From: Tubiluchus corallicola
Lineage: Eukaryota; Animalia; Priapulida
Assembly (NCBI GenBank): GCA_030141605.1
Contig: JAQGDQ010000589.1
Coordinates: forward strand, 62,001 to 126,000
Direction: 5' to 3'
Length of the DNA: 64,000 nt
The position numbers were made by a program, and so were the translations under genes. Of this stretch, positions 42,376-56,519 are shown piece after piece (the stretch's first letter is position 1; each line of letters opens with the position of its first letter). The notes beneath the pieces were generated by a model. That model was given only the letters and a program-made list of their open reading frames with translations, did no database searches and was not told the origin of the DNA.

Positions 42376-43304
42376 CATTAAGAAGGAGATAATACGTTTG
42401 TATTGTTTTGTGATGTAATAATATGATAATTGTAATTGTCCAGTCATCTAAATACAATTTTAAAACCTAAAATAAATCTTTCATAATTTATTTGTAGCTT
42501 TAGATACCCACAATAAACTCCAAAATGCTCATAATATAATTTTATTTTTTCTTAAATTATAAATGTAGTCTACTTCGAGCTCTGTTACGTTAGTTTACGG
42601 CAGAATGTTCAACAACCTTCACCTGCTCTCCCAACCTTTTCATTTTTTATAATAAAAAAGCTTTCAATAAAAGTGTTAACAGCCACCGTCACGACAGCCT
42701 TATTATCTGCATTACTAATCGTAATTTCTTGGTATTAGTACCTGGTGTGACATCTTTTTTGTAATTATGTTTCTCCAATCTAAAAGCAGGAGTACTGAAC
42801 TATACTTACGCTCCTCCTCCCAATTGACCCGCAGGCAAACCGGCTTTTCCCCTGATATCAAAAAAACATTTTTGATTTTTCTGTTGCTCTTTGGTAGCTG
42901 TAACGTCACGGCTGAAACTTATTAGCGCCGTTAATCATAGATTATCCTATCATAACAGCCACAATATTGTTAGTCATATTTAAACAACAAAGGCTATATT
43001 TTGTTGTTTAAATATAGGATTTATTAGCAGGATCTCGCTTGGGGGAACAAGAAAAATGAACAATATGTAGGTAAGTATCTAACTAGCTGTTAAAACTGTT
43101 ACTGTTACAAACAATGGGCTGTGACGCTGTACCATCTGACGATTGGGGGTAGGTTGTTTGATCAAAGGTAGTTGTTGGTTTACAATTTGACTGGACTGAC
43201 CGAGCTAAAGAAAAGGGGGACCAATCATCTACCTGTCAGCTCCAGACATTGGCGAGCTTATAGGCAGTCAACGGGTGAGGGGGGCTGTTTATTGAGCAGA
43301 GTGG

Positions 43305-45818
43305 TTCGGATGTGGGGTAATCTGTTGTACTCATTATGATAATGCAAACGATAATGGGTAGGCAACTAATACACAAACAATCAATTGCATAAATATTGTA
43401 GAAATAATTACTAAGCAATAACAAAGAATGTATGTAAAAAAACACTATCATTAGTCAAACACTAATTTAACTACTTTTGAATGAGCTAAATATGGTTACC
43501 TTTTACCATGTTTCCAAAATAAACAAAACACTTTAAGCCGGGGACTTACTGTATCAAGTCAATAAACTAACAAATAAATTGGCAAATGATGTGCAACAGC
43601 TAAAGCCAACTAAAAAGGGGTATCCATGTGCTTATGTTATGAATAAATTTCGGAAAACGAATTTCGGTAAATATTAATTGAGTTATCAGATGAATTAGAT
43701 TCAGATGATAAACTCGCGTCTCCCTGATTTTGTCAAGGAAATTTATATAGATTGAATATGGAACTCACCCAGCTGGCGCTCGAATTTAATGAGTTAAAAT
43801 TGTCACACGATAGTGGAAGGACAGGTGTAGAATTCGAGAAGACACTGTTGTTTAAGCAGCATGCATGCAGAGTGGAAGACAACAAGTAGAAGGTCACTAG
43901 CAATTAGTTGTCGCGTGCAAGGAAGATAATTAAGAGAGCCAAGGTCTAGTATCAGTGCTCATCGAACATTAAGATGAAATCAAAAGTTATGCCGCCCAGA
44001 TGGTGCGGAAGAAGTCAAAAGCGGCAAAATGTAGGAACAGTCATTATTGGTTATAAAATCAGAAAGTGAAAGTGTTAGCCTTTGTCCAGGAGGTAGAGTG
44101 TTGCCAGATGGCGCAGACTTTTGAGATATAAGCTCAGGAAAAATATTCCAACAACACACAACGGGGTAATGTGAGCATCACATACACCACGAGCGAGAGA
44201 GGGAGTCTGACAGTGGTTGCTGCCATATCATGTTGTGTCCGGGACATCTTCTGAGAGATAGAAGCAACGTTTGCCCAGCGTGGAGGAACAATCTACGTAC
44301 TTAGCATAGACTGAGCACTGGTGCTACGTAGTCTCGATAGGAAACAGGGATTTGGCCAATAGCAGTTGTACATTGGCCAATCCACAAGTTAAGTGTTTTA
44401 ACTTATCTATTTTGTATTTTGTATCTGATATAGTTGTAACCGTAATGTTGTATGAATTAAGCACCTTCAGTGCATCATACCAATATCGTAAGTCATTAAG
44501 TGAATAGCATCTTCTCTGGAGCTAGACATTAGTTGTAAACGCCCACCGGCGTATAAGGCCAAATCTTGTATTGGAACCAGAGGTGATTAAATTGTAAACT
44601 GTAAAGTTCAATAAAGTCTATCCGCTTTGTTAACTTAGACATTGAGTTTGTGAATGTTTAAAGCGTTATCGGTGACTCGTAATCGCAACACTAAATCCTT
44701 CATTCGAACCTGAAGCGATTTGCAGTGTAAATGAGAGCTCATTTGCGGGACCTTAGCGACTTAACTAAAGCCCTCGGAGTCGGGTAATCGATAACCGATC
44801 AATTACCTATAAGCAATCGATAAGCGAATCCAAATCATTAATTAATTCAATCATTTAAGATCACTCTATACTATACGATCACATTAGAGAGTGAGAAATT
44901 GATACTTAACTAAAAGCCACCCCAAATGATGCAGTCCTCACTAGCGCTATGATGATCAACCAGCATTATCTCTCTTAGAAAGTACACAATGGTTGAGTAG
45001 ACCTATTAAGTCTAACGTAGGGCGCCTCTATGATGAGGCTGCAGCTCAGTGTCTCTTAATGTCGCCACAAATTTCTTGAACAGCAGGGAGGTTAAGTCCA
45101 GCTTCCACGCAACTGCTAGCATCAGCAAAGCAAATACTCAATCGTGCAACTTACAGTCTCTGGGTTGTTACCGTACTGGGGGTGCCTCGTCACCTCAAAC
45201 ATGGATCCGCCTCTCAACGGTTTGTCGGTACGCCCATAACACTTCCCAGCGATACGATTACAGCAATGAGACAAAGTCTTAATTGTCACCAAACTTCGTG
45301 GAAATGTCTCTCATCAAAAACATCTGCCCACTCAGTTGTTCAATAGTTTCACACCTCATGGATATACGTTATAACTGACTACGTGGACAATACTACTCAC
45401 GTCATATCAGTCTACGTGCCGTACCTGGAGTAAAGTTGCTGACCTCTTTTCGATACCTGCTAGAGTAGTCGTAGGCATAGGTATACGCTGGCTTCCTACA
45501 GCTATCATTACAAGCGATTAAACTGGCCCTCCCGCAGTACTTACTAACCTTGACTAATGGCTATTATCGTTTACAGGCCATAGAAAAGATGTTTTTCATA
45601 CTAATATTACTTTACTTCCACATTTGATCGAAATGTAGAATACATATTGAGAATTGCACAGCATAGAATGGCCAAAAATGATTGGGAATGTATTTTCTTT
45701 CCCAAACACTGCAACTGGGATGGCCAACCAACTGACAGACTAACTGAACAAACACCATACTCACATGACATAAGCTGCTACACTAGTCTATTTATGTAGG
45801 AAGCAGACATGCGCGTTT
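43305..45818 (+). repeat. Family B repeat, second copy, interrupted by a ~1.28 kb insertion
   Basis: Colinear with 760-2023 on both sides of the insertion. Confidence 0.85.
43635..44915 (+). mobile_element. LTR-like insertion into the family B repeat
   Basis: Absent from the paralogous site at ~1095-1102. Begins TGTTA, contains TATAAG and AATAAA, and is homologous to 41079-42375. Confidence 0.65.
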
Positions 45819-46779
45819 TAGACGCATTGTCAAGTACACGAATACGTTGTCTGATGCACTTAACCTTTGACCTTTCACAATCATCGTCAATCGTTGTGAA
45901 AACGGCTTATTATTTTTATACAGGCTGGCACTTGACAAACCCTATTGAATACTTAATGACAAAGCCTGAGCCTATTTAATGTCAAAGCCTGTGGCTGCAA
46001 GAATTTTACATTTCTTACAATGCAGTTTATTTTGAATCTTATTCGATCACAATATTCTACGGCACACACTCGCGCAAACAGTCAAGCAATAAAAAACTAG
46101 TAATATCAACGCGTTAATTATGCAACATAGTAAAACCTGAGACAAAAAATACAAACGCCGTTACCGTAAGCTGCTCTAAGTTACTGCAAATCACATATCT
46201 ATCAAAATTTACAGAAAGAGCAGAGGTAAGATTTTGCGCAGTAGCTGTTAATCAAGTAAGATTTCGTATCATCAGCACAAATTCTGATGAAAGCATTAAC
46301 TTGAATATACGTTAGCTGAGTTTGGTAAGCACTATCTTTCAATCTGCACATATAATAATGGCCTAGAGTACTTCTCATAGGCACTAATATTGCTCCAATA
46401 TACAATTGATCATTGCCGAGCATCAAAAATTTATCGGCAGAATTACCAGAGCTAAAATTGCTGATGTTCTCAATAGCAAAATAAAGACAACAGTTTATCA
46501 GTTTATGTAAATTTCATATAGTTGATCAACAAAAGTTGATCATTGGCATTCAGAATGTGATTTAATAAGTACTTGCCGAAGAAAGCACCAATTCAATTTA
46601 CTTTCCTGTAAGTTTATTAACATATAACTACATAAAGTAAAACAGGTTACAAAACGCAGCCATGTTTCGGTGTCAGCAACTGAAATAACAATGATAGCAA
46701 CGGCAGCTGCAACAATGGCAATGGGAGCAACTGCAATGCCAACGTCACTAGCAATGCTGGCAGTTGCAGTTACAATGTG

Positions 46780-47150
46780 GACACCAAGCAGTTCAAGCAC
46801 CAAGCAGTACAAACACCAAGCACTGCAAACACCAAGCACTGCAAACACCAAGCACTGCAAACACCAAGCAGTACAAACACCAAGCAGTTCAAACACCAAG
46901 CAGTACAAACACCAAGCACTGCAAACACCAAGCACTGCAAACACCAAGCAGTACAAACACCAAGCAGTTCAAACACCAAGCAGTACAAACACCAAGCACT
47001 TCAAACACCAAGCAGGGCAAGCGCCAAACAATGCAAGCACCAAGTGGCGCAAAAACGCCAAGCAGTGCAAGCGCCAAGCAATGCAAGCACCACGTGGAGC
47101 AAAAACACCAAGCAGTGCAAACGCCAAGCAATGCAAGCAGCAAGTGGCGC
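46780..47150. repeat. 16-bp minisatellite CAAACACCAAGCA(CTG/GTA/GTT), degenerating rightwards
   Basis: About 15 clean units followed by degenerate units; this explains the stack of overlapping repetitive ORFs here. Confidence 0.95.
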
Positions 47151-48989
47151 AAAAAACCATGTGGTGCAAATTCATTTGGTGCAAAAACCATGTCATGCCT
47201 TAAAAACATTACCCTACAGGAGCACATCAATGCGCAAACTGCCCACGAATCTTTCAATTATTCATTGATCTTCACGAAAATGAAGTTGCATCTCAAACAA
47301 TTCAAACTTATTTTGATGTTGTTTTTCTTGTTTTTTGTGCACGATAAATAACTGTCACATGTTTTTGTCATCGTTATCATTACCATCATCGTCATTAATT
47401 TTAACAAATCTTTATTATTAAACAATTAAAATTGATTTTTCTAATTAAATTAATCATCAAAGAGGGTAAAAACCTAGCACTTGAAAAGTTTGAAAATACC
47501 AGGTATAAAGTGTCCAAAGTTGCCTAACTAGAAAATATTACTGGTTCAACGACTACAAACTCGTTCAACGCTGGTACACGTTCAACAACACGTTCATGAT
47601 AGTATGTTTCCGTGTACAGCAACTGGGGAAAATGAAAGTAGGAGACACAGCGTAAATACACGTATCAAAACTTACAGTTCGGGGAGAAAGTTTTACGACA
47701 GATTTTTAACGTCAAATTTTATGTGTGTTTCAGCTGCCGTTGTGTGAACCAAAGGAATGTGTTGCCAAGGAACTTTCCAGACTAGAGAATTACGCTCGAC
47801 ATAGAGAAATTTACAACAGCACCTTACTGGAGTCATTTGCAGCTTCAATTGGTAGCAGTAAATCACAACACGAAAACGACCCAGGACAGAAGAAATAGAA
47901 GCTTCTGATGATTAAATTAGAACAACTGAGAAAAAAGTCTTTAGTGATTTACTTCATATGACAATCCTAATTTATTTATGAAACATTTTTATTTCACACT
48001 TTTGTATTTGGCCTGCTAACATAACTTGGGACTGTGATGACAAGGGTTGTAGCCTGTAATTATTATTATAATGATAACTGCTTACAGATTTCTCGTGTGG
48101 GAGATATTCTGTTATTTGTTATTATCAACCGAATCTGCAAAAATATCTGAAGCTGGAATCGAACCAGCAACGTTATTTAATGTTATGAATCAGCAGAATT
48201 GGAGAGCGTACCCCCCCCATTGAAAAAACATTCTTAATGTAAAAGATACCAGCAGTTTATTGTCAGGATGTTTTTGTCCAAAGTTTGCCTAAAATTTAGT
48301 GTACAATAACTGTGGCCCTATAAATGTGAGAAAAAAACAGCATGTAAATAAACAAACTACAATATTAAACTATAGATAACTACATACAAATGATCAGGCA
48401 AGTATGTTCGAGCCTATCCATGCTTGTAAAACTAACATTTTAAAAGTGCACCCACAACTCATTTGTAGCCAATGAGGACTAACCAAAGTATAATTGATGC
48501 ACTGTAACTTTGTAACACCTGTTCTCAACTTTTGACATTTACCTCAAAGCCCCTGTCAGACAGAGTTGTACAGAATCTCAATGGTGCAAGCGATAAGGAA
48601 CAAAGTTCGCGTCATGAAAAGTGAACGCATGTTAATCAATGGTCCCTGACACACAGAATCCGTTTGCCTCTTCTACCAACCGAGGCTTGCCTACCATGAG
48701 TCGACAGCCATAGTCCGCTGTGGGCTCCTCATAAGCCATTTTCAGCAGTTCATAAAGTGGTTTATTGTGAAATGAATTTGGCCATTATTTCACTTGCCAC
48801 AATGCATTTTTGCTTATTACTAACGAGGTTCTTTGTTTATTTGTGGTTTTTACAGCATATAATTCGTTTATAAAAATTCATAACGTTCATATGCATAAAA
48901 CTAAAGCATTTTAATCCGCAACACTTATTTACGATTGCAGTATCACGTAAAGACGTACAAAACACGTAAGAAATTATACAATGTATGGA

Positions 48990-49200
48990 CCTCACAATCT
49001 ATTATTACAGTAAACTGATATACAGAAATTCAAGTGTAACTGAAAACATTTTTCGTTATTACTCTTGATCGTTTGAAATAATTTTGCAATTTCTCCTTTA
49101 CTTCGCCTTCTGCCATAAATGGATCTGAGCCACATTGTCCGTTTTGTTCGTTTGAGCTCTCCTTGCTTAACGTTACGAACCATAATGTAACCGGATCCAG
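48990..49200 (-). pseudogene. Possible PIF/Harbinger transposase N-terminal remnant
   Basis: KRTKRTMWLRSIYGRRRSKGEIAKLFQTIKSNNEKCF resembles the Harbinger pattern 'RRWWV.PI...R...GE...L...L...D.E.F'. Confidence 0.4.
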
Positions 49201-49829
49201 TGATTGACGCATTTTCGACATTCTGAATTAGCCGGAAAACTAATTGAATTTTGTGCTTCCCGCCCAGAAAACGGACTGTGGCAAAACTCCTTGTTAGTTA
49301 CCCAGAGAAAGACACAGAGTGCTGATTCCGACGGGCGCCTTGTAGAAGTTGGAAGACGCCTTGTGGCTTACGGATTACGGATTACGGTTTGCTATTTTTT
49401 TCTTTTATTGGGCGTCACTTAAATGGTTTTAAACTAACTTCTTTTACATAGGACATGTGCACCCAGTTTATGTAGCGAGCTTTCCTACTTTTGCTCTCCC
49501 ATTTTGCTAAACTTCAATCATTTTTTACCACAAGGAAGAAAATTTTTGGTCATAATTTTAAGAACTGGATCAGAGTTTTTTTATACAATAACATCGAAAG
49601 TTATGTACCTAACAATAGGTTGTACAGTAGTTTCTTCAATTACAGAAAAAATAAATAAATAACTGCACTGCATGTCGTGTGAGGCCATTTAACACGATTC
49701 CTCTTCGAACCGTCACTTTTCTGACACTTTTAGTGTGAAAGTGCAACTCTTAGAGCAGATGTGATTTTATATCTGTTGTTTGACCGATTTATCAGTGGAG
49801 TAAAAATGCATTGTTTCCATCACTTGGTA

Positions 49830-49888
49830 TAATAACAATAATAATAATAACAACAACAACAACAATAATAATAATAATAATAATCATC

Positions 49889-49923
<35 letters not shown>

Positions 49924-50705
49924 TAATAATAATAATAAATAATAATAATAATAAATTTATTTGGAAATGCAAATATAATATCTAGAAACACTGAGAAAAA
50001 TAGATATTAATAATAATGATTTAATTTTGATATGATAGCATGCATATAATAAATGGCAAGAACAAGAAGTAAAACTTATTAGATGCTTGCACCATTGTAA
50101 ACACGTCCACATAATACTAAAGAACAAAAAACCCGAGGGTTTTAGGCAACTTAAAAAAAAGTTGTGCAAACCAAGGATAGAAGTAATGGATAAAAGAAAT
50201 GTTCAAAAGGATAGGAAGATTGGCTTGTGAAGATTCAGCTCATGAGATGACGAACCACTCTAGATTCTACGCAAAAAGAACACAAGGTTATGACTGTTGT
50301 GTCACACAGGAACAATAGGTAGTTACAGAGACTAATTTTTATAAGAAGCAAACAGATATCGTTTAACCGACGTTTCAAAGATGTAAATGTTACACTGGCA
50401 CTTTACATTGGGTGGTAGTGAGTTCCAAAGTTTAGGTCCGCTATGGCTAATGAAATGTTTTGGTTCTGCAGTAACTGAGTTTTTAATCATTATAGCGAGC
50501 ATTGTGTGATTTGACATTCTTAATTACAGTATTCTTGAGGTAAGCAGGGAACAGATCATTGTTAGACTTATAAACAAACATGGCTGTGTTATAGGAAATC
50601 AGATCATCAATTATTAGTATTCTACACTCATTATAACATGATTTAGTAACTGGACTGAATTTGGAGAGTCTGTACAGGGTGTGTATGAATTTACGTTGCA
50701 AGCTG
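49830..50705 (-). mobile_element. 3' remnant of an L2/CR1-group LINE with AATAAA and long (TTA)n tail
   Basis: Minus-strand AMFVYKSNNDLFP and ISHSGPKLWNSLPPNVK...FETSVKRYL. The (AAT)n tract at 49830-49955 abuts a minus-strand AATAAA. Confidence 0.8.
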
Positions 50706-51179
50706 TGAAGTGGATTTAAGTTTGTCTTGTAAGTACTACCCAGAAGTATATTTATATAGGAAAGATATTGTAAGACTAATGTGTTATATAAAGTTATTAA
50801 GTAAAATTCAGTTAGGGAGTTTTGAATGCATGTTATTATTCATATATTTTAGCTATTTTAAGTCTGATCATATTTATATGAAAATTCCAATCCAGATTTT
50901 CGTGGAGGATAATGCCCAAAAACTTGATTTGACTAACTATTTCTATAGATGTATCATCAATAGAAATTTTATAATATTCTGGAAGGAAAGTTTTATTTCT
51001 GGCACGAAATATAATACAAGCGTTTCCCCGAGTTACGTACTAAAATGATATTAATTGTAAACAAATTAGACAATATCTTAGTATTATCTGAAATTCCCAC
51101 TCAGCGATATTTGCAGTCCTGAAGTCAAAAATGAACAACATTAAAATGGCAAACCAGATTCTCTCTCTCTTGCAGCGCG

Positions 51180-51299
51180 AGTCATCCTTAAATGGCATTG
51201 TCCCAAGCATATGCTCAAAGATACTAGTGTCTCTGTCTCTCTCTGTTGCCCTCCCACTCCCCCTCCCCCTCCCTCTATTTCTCTCTCTCTCTCTCTCTT

Positions 51300-51364
<65 letters not shown>

Positions 51365-52440
51365 AGCTGATTACATGTAATTAAATGTAGTTGTTCAATG
51401 GACCTCATGTTTTCGTACTGCATTTACTTTGATCCAATTTGCAGGTAATAATTCATCTGTTTAAAATTCTCAGAAAGGGTAACTTATCCCAGCTTGATTA
51501 CTTGATGGAACAATGGTCACTGTTGTACTAAGAAAGGCATTATGTTAATCTTGTAACTTAATATCTGTATCTTGTAAGTTGCTTAACAACGCAAGATTAA
51601 AGAAACAACTCGCCTTATAACGTCAATTTAGCGCTTTCTTGATTCGTATTAGTGCAATAGAAGTTGTTTATAGTTTTGAAACAGAAATTGAGGGAATTAA
51701 CATGAGCCTCATGATAACACCAGTAACAATTAGTAAAGAGCGACTTTTAAAACTTTTTGGGGGATGAACAAAATTAAGATCTCGTGTTAATTGCTACACA
51801 GCAGCAGGGAATGTCAGATGAACAAAACAAATTTTTATTTCATTATCTTACTGACGGAGTTTTAGTTAATACTTACTTATTTCTACTTGCATTTATTTTT
51901 AGGAATTTTGCTTTTCTAAGCCGGGAAGCTTTCTATCATCATCCTTAGATGTTTACAAATATTCCCATATTGGCTGCTACAGGAATAATTTTTGGATGAA
52001 TGACTGGCGCCTGGCTATTAGGATTTATGCCATTCATCCTGTAAAATATCATACAGAGAATTTCTGCTGGACTGACCAAGCGCCTGTTTTCTAGGATTAA
52101 AGCAAATTATCTTGGAGTTAATCGGTTTAGACCTGGATTAAGCTTTTGTTGTTGAGACGAGCTAGTCGTGTTTGTAAATTGAGCTGTCATTTAGAAAATG
52201 AGCGTCTGCATTCAAGCCACAAGCTTTAACCTGTAAACAAAAAAGCTTCGAAATCTTAAGCTCCTCTGAAGTTCAGAACCTGCGGCATCAAGTCAAAGTC
52301 CCTCAATCTCCAGCTTTGGAAGCTGGGATAATGAGATGCTTTATCATGACATTGGTGTATCATTGCTATATTATAATAAGTCTTGTATGACTGTAGAAAA
52401 ATCTGCATTGCATTTGAAATAAAACCAAATACGAAACTCC
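51180..52440 (+). repeat. Older, diverged family A copy including its CT/CA microsatellite, no LINE
   Basis: Colinear with 2508-2674 plus 4800-5905, e.g. aatacttacttatttctacttgcatttatttttaggaattttg and gtcgtgtttgtaaattgagctgtcatttagaaaatgagcgtctgcattcaag. Confidence 0.85.
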
Positions 52441-55400
52441 CCATTTATATGACATTAGCAGATTTTGATCAAAAGAGACGCACATTCCACTCATGAGCCC
52501 TCCACAGTACTCTACAATCACTATTAGAGAAAGGTGGAAGAGTGTTTTAAATTAAACAGGGAAAATTAGCCGTTAAGGGATAACGAGCGATCTGAGGGAT
52601 ATAAATTGTGCTTAAATTGTGCCGTGAACTAGAAAATAAAATGAAATAATGACGGACATGTGATAAACATTGAAGTTTGTTTGTTAAAAGTCGGGAACTT
52701 TTCTTAAGTCTCACAATAATTATTAGCTCTGGGTTTTCAGTTAGTAAATGCGCGTTTGTAAAATTCTTTTTATCAGGTTATTTTTGAGCAACTGAACGAA
52801 TTCTTATTTTCAAAATTTACGTTTAGCTCTTAGAAGCGTCACCTTAGTTATCCGATTACTTTCTTTGTTGAGGCGTTCTGCATGGTCTAGTGAAAAGGGT
52901 AATTTGTGATATATAGAATAGACGCCGACTTTCTCTTACAAAGATAATCCGCTTAAATTGCTAGGATTAGTTTCGTTTTGATGTTCAGGGCGTTTTAAAA
53001 CCAGTTTAGGATAATTTCTGGGTGGCTGGGCGCCTACTTTTAGAATTAACGTCAATCATTCTAGAGTTAAGCAGCTTTGTGCGTTGATAGCATCTTTGTT
53101 GATGCATAGGCAAGGGGATTAACATTTTTGTTGATGTACAGAGAAGCTTTGTCTGAAATTGATCTGTCATTAAGTAAATTATACCTGAGCTGAACAGTGA
53201 GATGTTATCTGAGAATAAAGCTTCAGAATCTAAAGGCTTTTTTTCTAAATGTAAATTGTTCATGTGAGAGAAATGCTGGTATCTGATGTTTAAGACATTC
53301 GCCATGGTATTTATAAAACAACAATACGCCTAGTAAAATAAACGGATTATACTAAAATTTACCACTTGTTGATCAGTAAAATGTGACAATTTCAATGAAC
53401 GTAAAGAACATCAAAACATAGTTAAAGAGAATAAATTTTGTCTTAATTTTGATTTTTGATTTGCCTCTTACAAGCATGTACATAAGGGCAGAAATTTGGA
53501 AACTCTGACAATGCAGACAGGACTGAAATAAGCTACGAAACAAATGCAAACAAATTTGCTGTAATTAATAATGTCATTAATTAGATAATGACAGTGAAAA
53601 CCTAACACCGATTACCGGGCAAATAAGGATTATATGAAGCTTATATATTTATTTATATAAAGCTATAAAGCTGTGATATTGTTAAAGCTAGGTGGGGTTT
53701 TTTGCATAGGTAACAATAGAGATTTGAAGCAAAACTGGACCCAATCTTAAACTGTAGGTCAAAACAATGTAATCCTTAAAATATTGAAAGGAAACATACT
53801 ATTTTTTCAAGAATGACTTACGTGAAAGAATTATAACAACACAAACAAAATTTCACGTTTGCGCCACTAGTTCTTCGTTGTTACTTGCATTTTGCAATTC
53901 TCTAGTTAGACGGGTACTAGCGCCTGCATTTCGGAAACGCATTTTACAAAAAACAGGTGCTGTGCCTCGCAATTTTTACATGTGTTGGTTTGTGATGAAC
54001 TGCATGTACAAATGACACAAGTAAAAATGGCACCAGAATAAAATAGCAGAAACAGAACAGTTATAAAATATGAGTTCAGGGTTAGGGTTCCTGTGTAAAT
54101 AATTATTGATTTCGATTTTTTAATTGTTATGGTTTTTACCTCTTCCAAAGAAGTTGCTTCAACACTGTTTGCTTGTTTGGTTGTTTTTTGTCTGTTATAC
54201 AACATTAAGCTTATTGCGCAAAAACAACTTAACAGATTTTCTTGAAACTTTGTGGAGAAGATGGCAGATTACGAGAAAGATGCATTTTGATGCAGATTCG
54301 TAGATCTGTCAGTTTGTTACCAACGTCAAATGGTTAAACTAAAGCAGGTCCCAATCATAAACTATAGCTGAAAACAATCTGTCGTACAAGATATTGAAAG
54401 GGAAGATTTTCCAAGAGTGGCTTATGTATTATTGTCACAGAAACGTAATTTTGCTTTCGCGCTGCTAGTTCTTCACTATTACGCCCCATTTCGTCATTTG
54501 CTAGTTAGTTGGGCATGAGCACTTACATTTCGTAAAAAAATCTATGTAAATGCAATATTAACAGTTGTATGCACGGTTTATTAGTTATACAGGTCTGATA
54601 AAACTGATGGTTTGGACAATAACAAATTAAATGATTCACAAATTGAGTTTACATCAACCACCGGAATTTCACAACTACAACTACACAAACTTCAATAAGT
54701 TTACAAATAATTTAGTGACAACTGTTTCTTTAATTAACAATATACAGCCTTCAACAGTTAAGTACAAGATTATTATAACCAAATATATAATAAATAAAAT
54801 CACTTAACTCTGGGACTGGCCAGTTTACGAGTCCCTATAATTGGCACAGTCCTGTTCCTAATACGAGCCGTTCTGAGCTTCAGAGGTTGGTTCAATCAAA
54901 CGATGCAGATGAAGTCTATGCTGAGCAAAAGAAACGATAGATCCTACCTTCCGAGTTCCTGGCTGAGAGTCCACCCCGTGACACCTTCCTGACATCGACC
55001 AAAAAGCCCTGATTTCTCATCGTGCCCCCTTATGAACCCCTCTCGGTCATGTGACAAGATAAATCCCGTGCCTGGTTAACAGACCATTCTGACTTCTGAG
55101 CGCTTCGTCACCCTGATCATCTAGACATCTCAAAATTAAGTGCCTCGATACCTTTTACTGCTTGTAAGACAGAGTCCTAGAATGTCACTGTTCCAAAATT
55201 CATGGACCTGCTTTCAGCCTTCATTAACGTTTACTAAATTAGCCCGGAGTTTTTCTCTTTGTCCACATGGTCAAGTTCTGACAACAGTCCTCTCAATTAG
55301 GAACAAGGGTGTGCCACCTGTTAATTAGTTAGGCTGATCGAGTACCATCCTCATCAGTGCCCGTGGACCCTGCTAACGAGCTTCGAATTACATTACAAGT

Positions 55401-55689
55401 TCTCACCTGTCTCGGAAACGCGGATCAATGTAGGCCAACCTTCCCTTAAGTTTTATAGCGTTCATCATGTAGTTACAGTTCAACTTGCCTATTACTTTAT
55501 TTTTCTATTAACAACCAGTTGTCAGAAACGTTTTCATAAGTATATTAAATGCGAGGGAGAAACTGAGTGAGTTCTGCTCTATGCACTGTATAGTCTTCTT
55601 TCTGACGATATCTATTCATTAATTGGATTCGATTAATCTCTCTAATGAATCCTTTAATGTTATAAAATAAATTCATAACATAATTGCTG

Positions 55690-56490
55690 TATAATTCAAG
55701 GTAGAATGCCCTTTTTATAATTGAACATGAATGTCGCTAACTCAAGCTTATAAATTTCATTAATTTTTAATAATTGCAAAGCATAATAAGAAGGGGTAGC
55801 GTGATCTCGGAACCCAGCAAAAGTCATTGTTTTAATAATATTGTTATGTGCTGCTGTAAGTGGTTTCAGAACAGAATTTTTTTGCTGTGCCCCACGACAA
55901 GATGCAACAGTTAATATTTGGGTACACAATGCCAAAGTAAATCATTTTTAGGATATCGGTGCTCAAGTAGTGCCTAGTTTGTAAAATATACCTGTAACTT
56001 TGCTTACTTTGTAGGTAATATTTTTAACCAATTAAGCGTATCATCTATGTAAACTCACAGATATTTTATGTCTGATACTTGTTCTAATAAACAGTCTTGC
56101 ATGGATGCTGTTACACTGTTTTCATTGTTTTCAAATTTATTTCTTATGGTCATAAAATTTGGTTTATTATGCTTTACTGTTAACTTATTTGTATGCATCC
56201 ATGTGTTAATTTTGATCAGTTCTTCATTACTTCAATGCTCAAGATTATGTGTGTCGTAGTCTGCTAAGAAGAGGTTAGAGTCATCAGCAAAAAGCTGTGT
56301 TGACCTGTTAGTACAAAGAGGGAGGTCATTTATATATATCAAGAAAGTAAGTGGTCCCAAGGCGTATCTTTAAGTACATTTTATTGGACATGGGTCGGAA
56401 GCAAAATTGTCAACTACGGTAAATTGGTGTCTGTTCGTAAGATATGACTGTAATAGTTTTTGAGTGATTCCACAGATGCCATAAGATAAA
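55690..56490 (-). pseudogene. Degraded L2/CR1-group LINE RT and downstream region
   Basis: LGPLTFLIYINDLPLCTNRSTQLFADDSN; FRDHATPSYYALQLLKINEIYKLELATFMF. Confidence 0.8.
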
Positions 56491-56519
56491 TTAAACTCAT
56501 CAGATAAATGGTGAAAAGG

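Noticed and set aside
46202-46480. USP His-box-like GAILVP...GHYY (minus)
   Set aside because: Weak resemblance with no Cys box found.
46540-47351. CRISPR-like array or repetitive protein
   Set aside because: Head-to-tail 16-bp units without unique spacers, no cas genes, and a eukaryotic context.
53720-54535. Diverged ~220-bp direct repeat (53725-53940 vs 54335-54535) as LTR pair
   Set aside because: Low identity and no TG..CA ends, PBS or PPT; probably an old local duplication.
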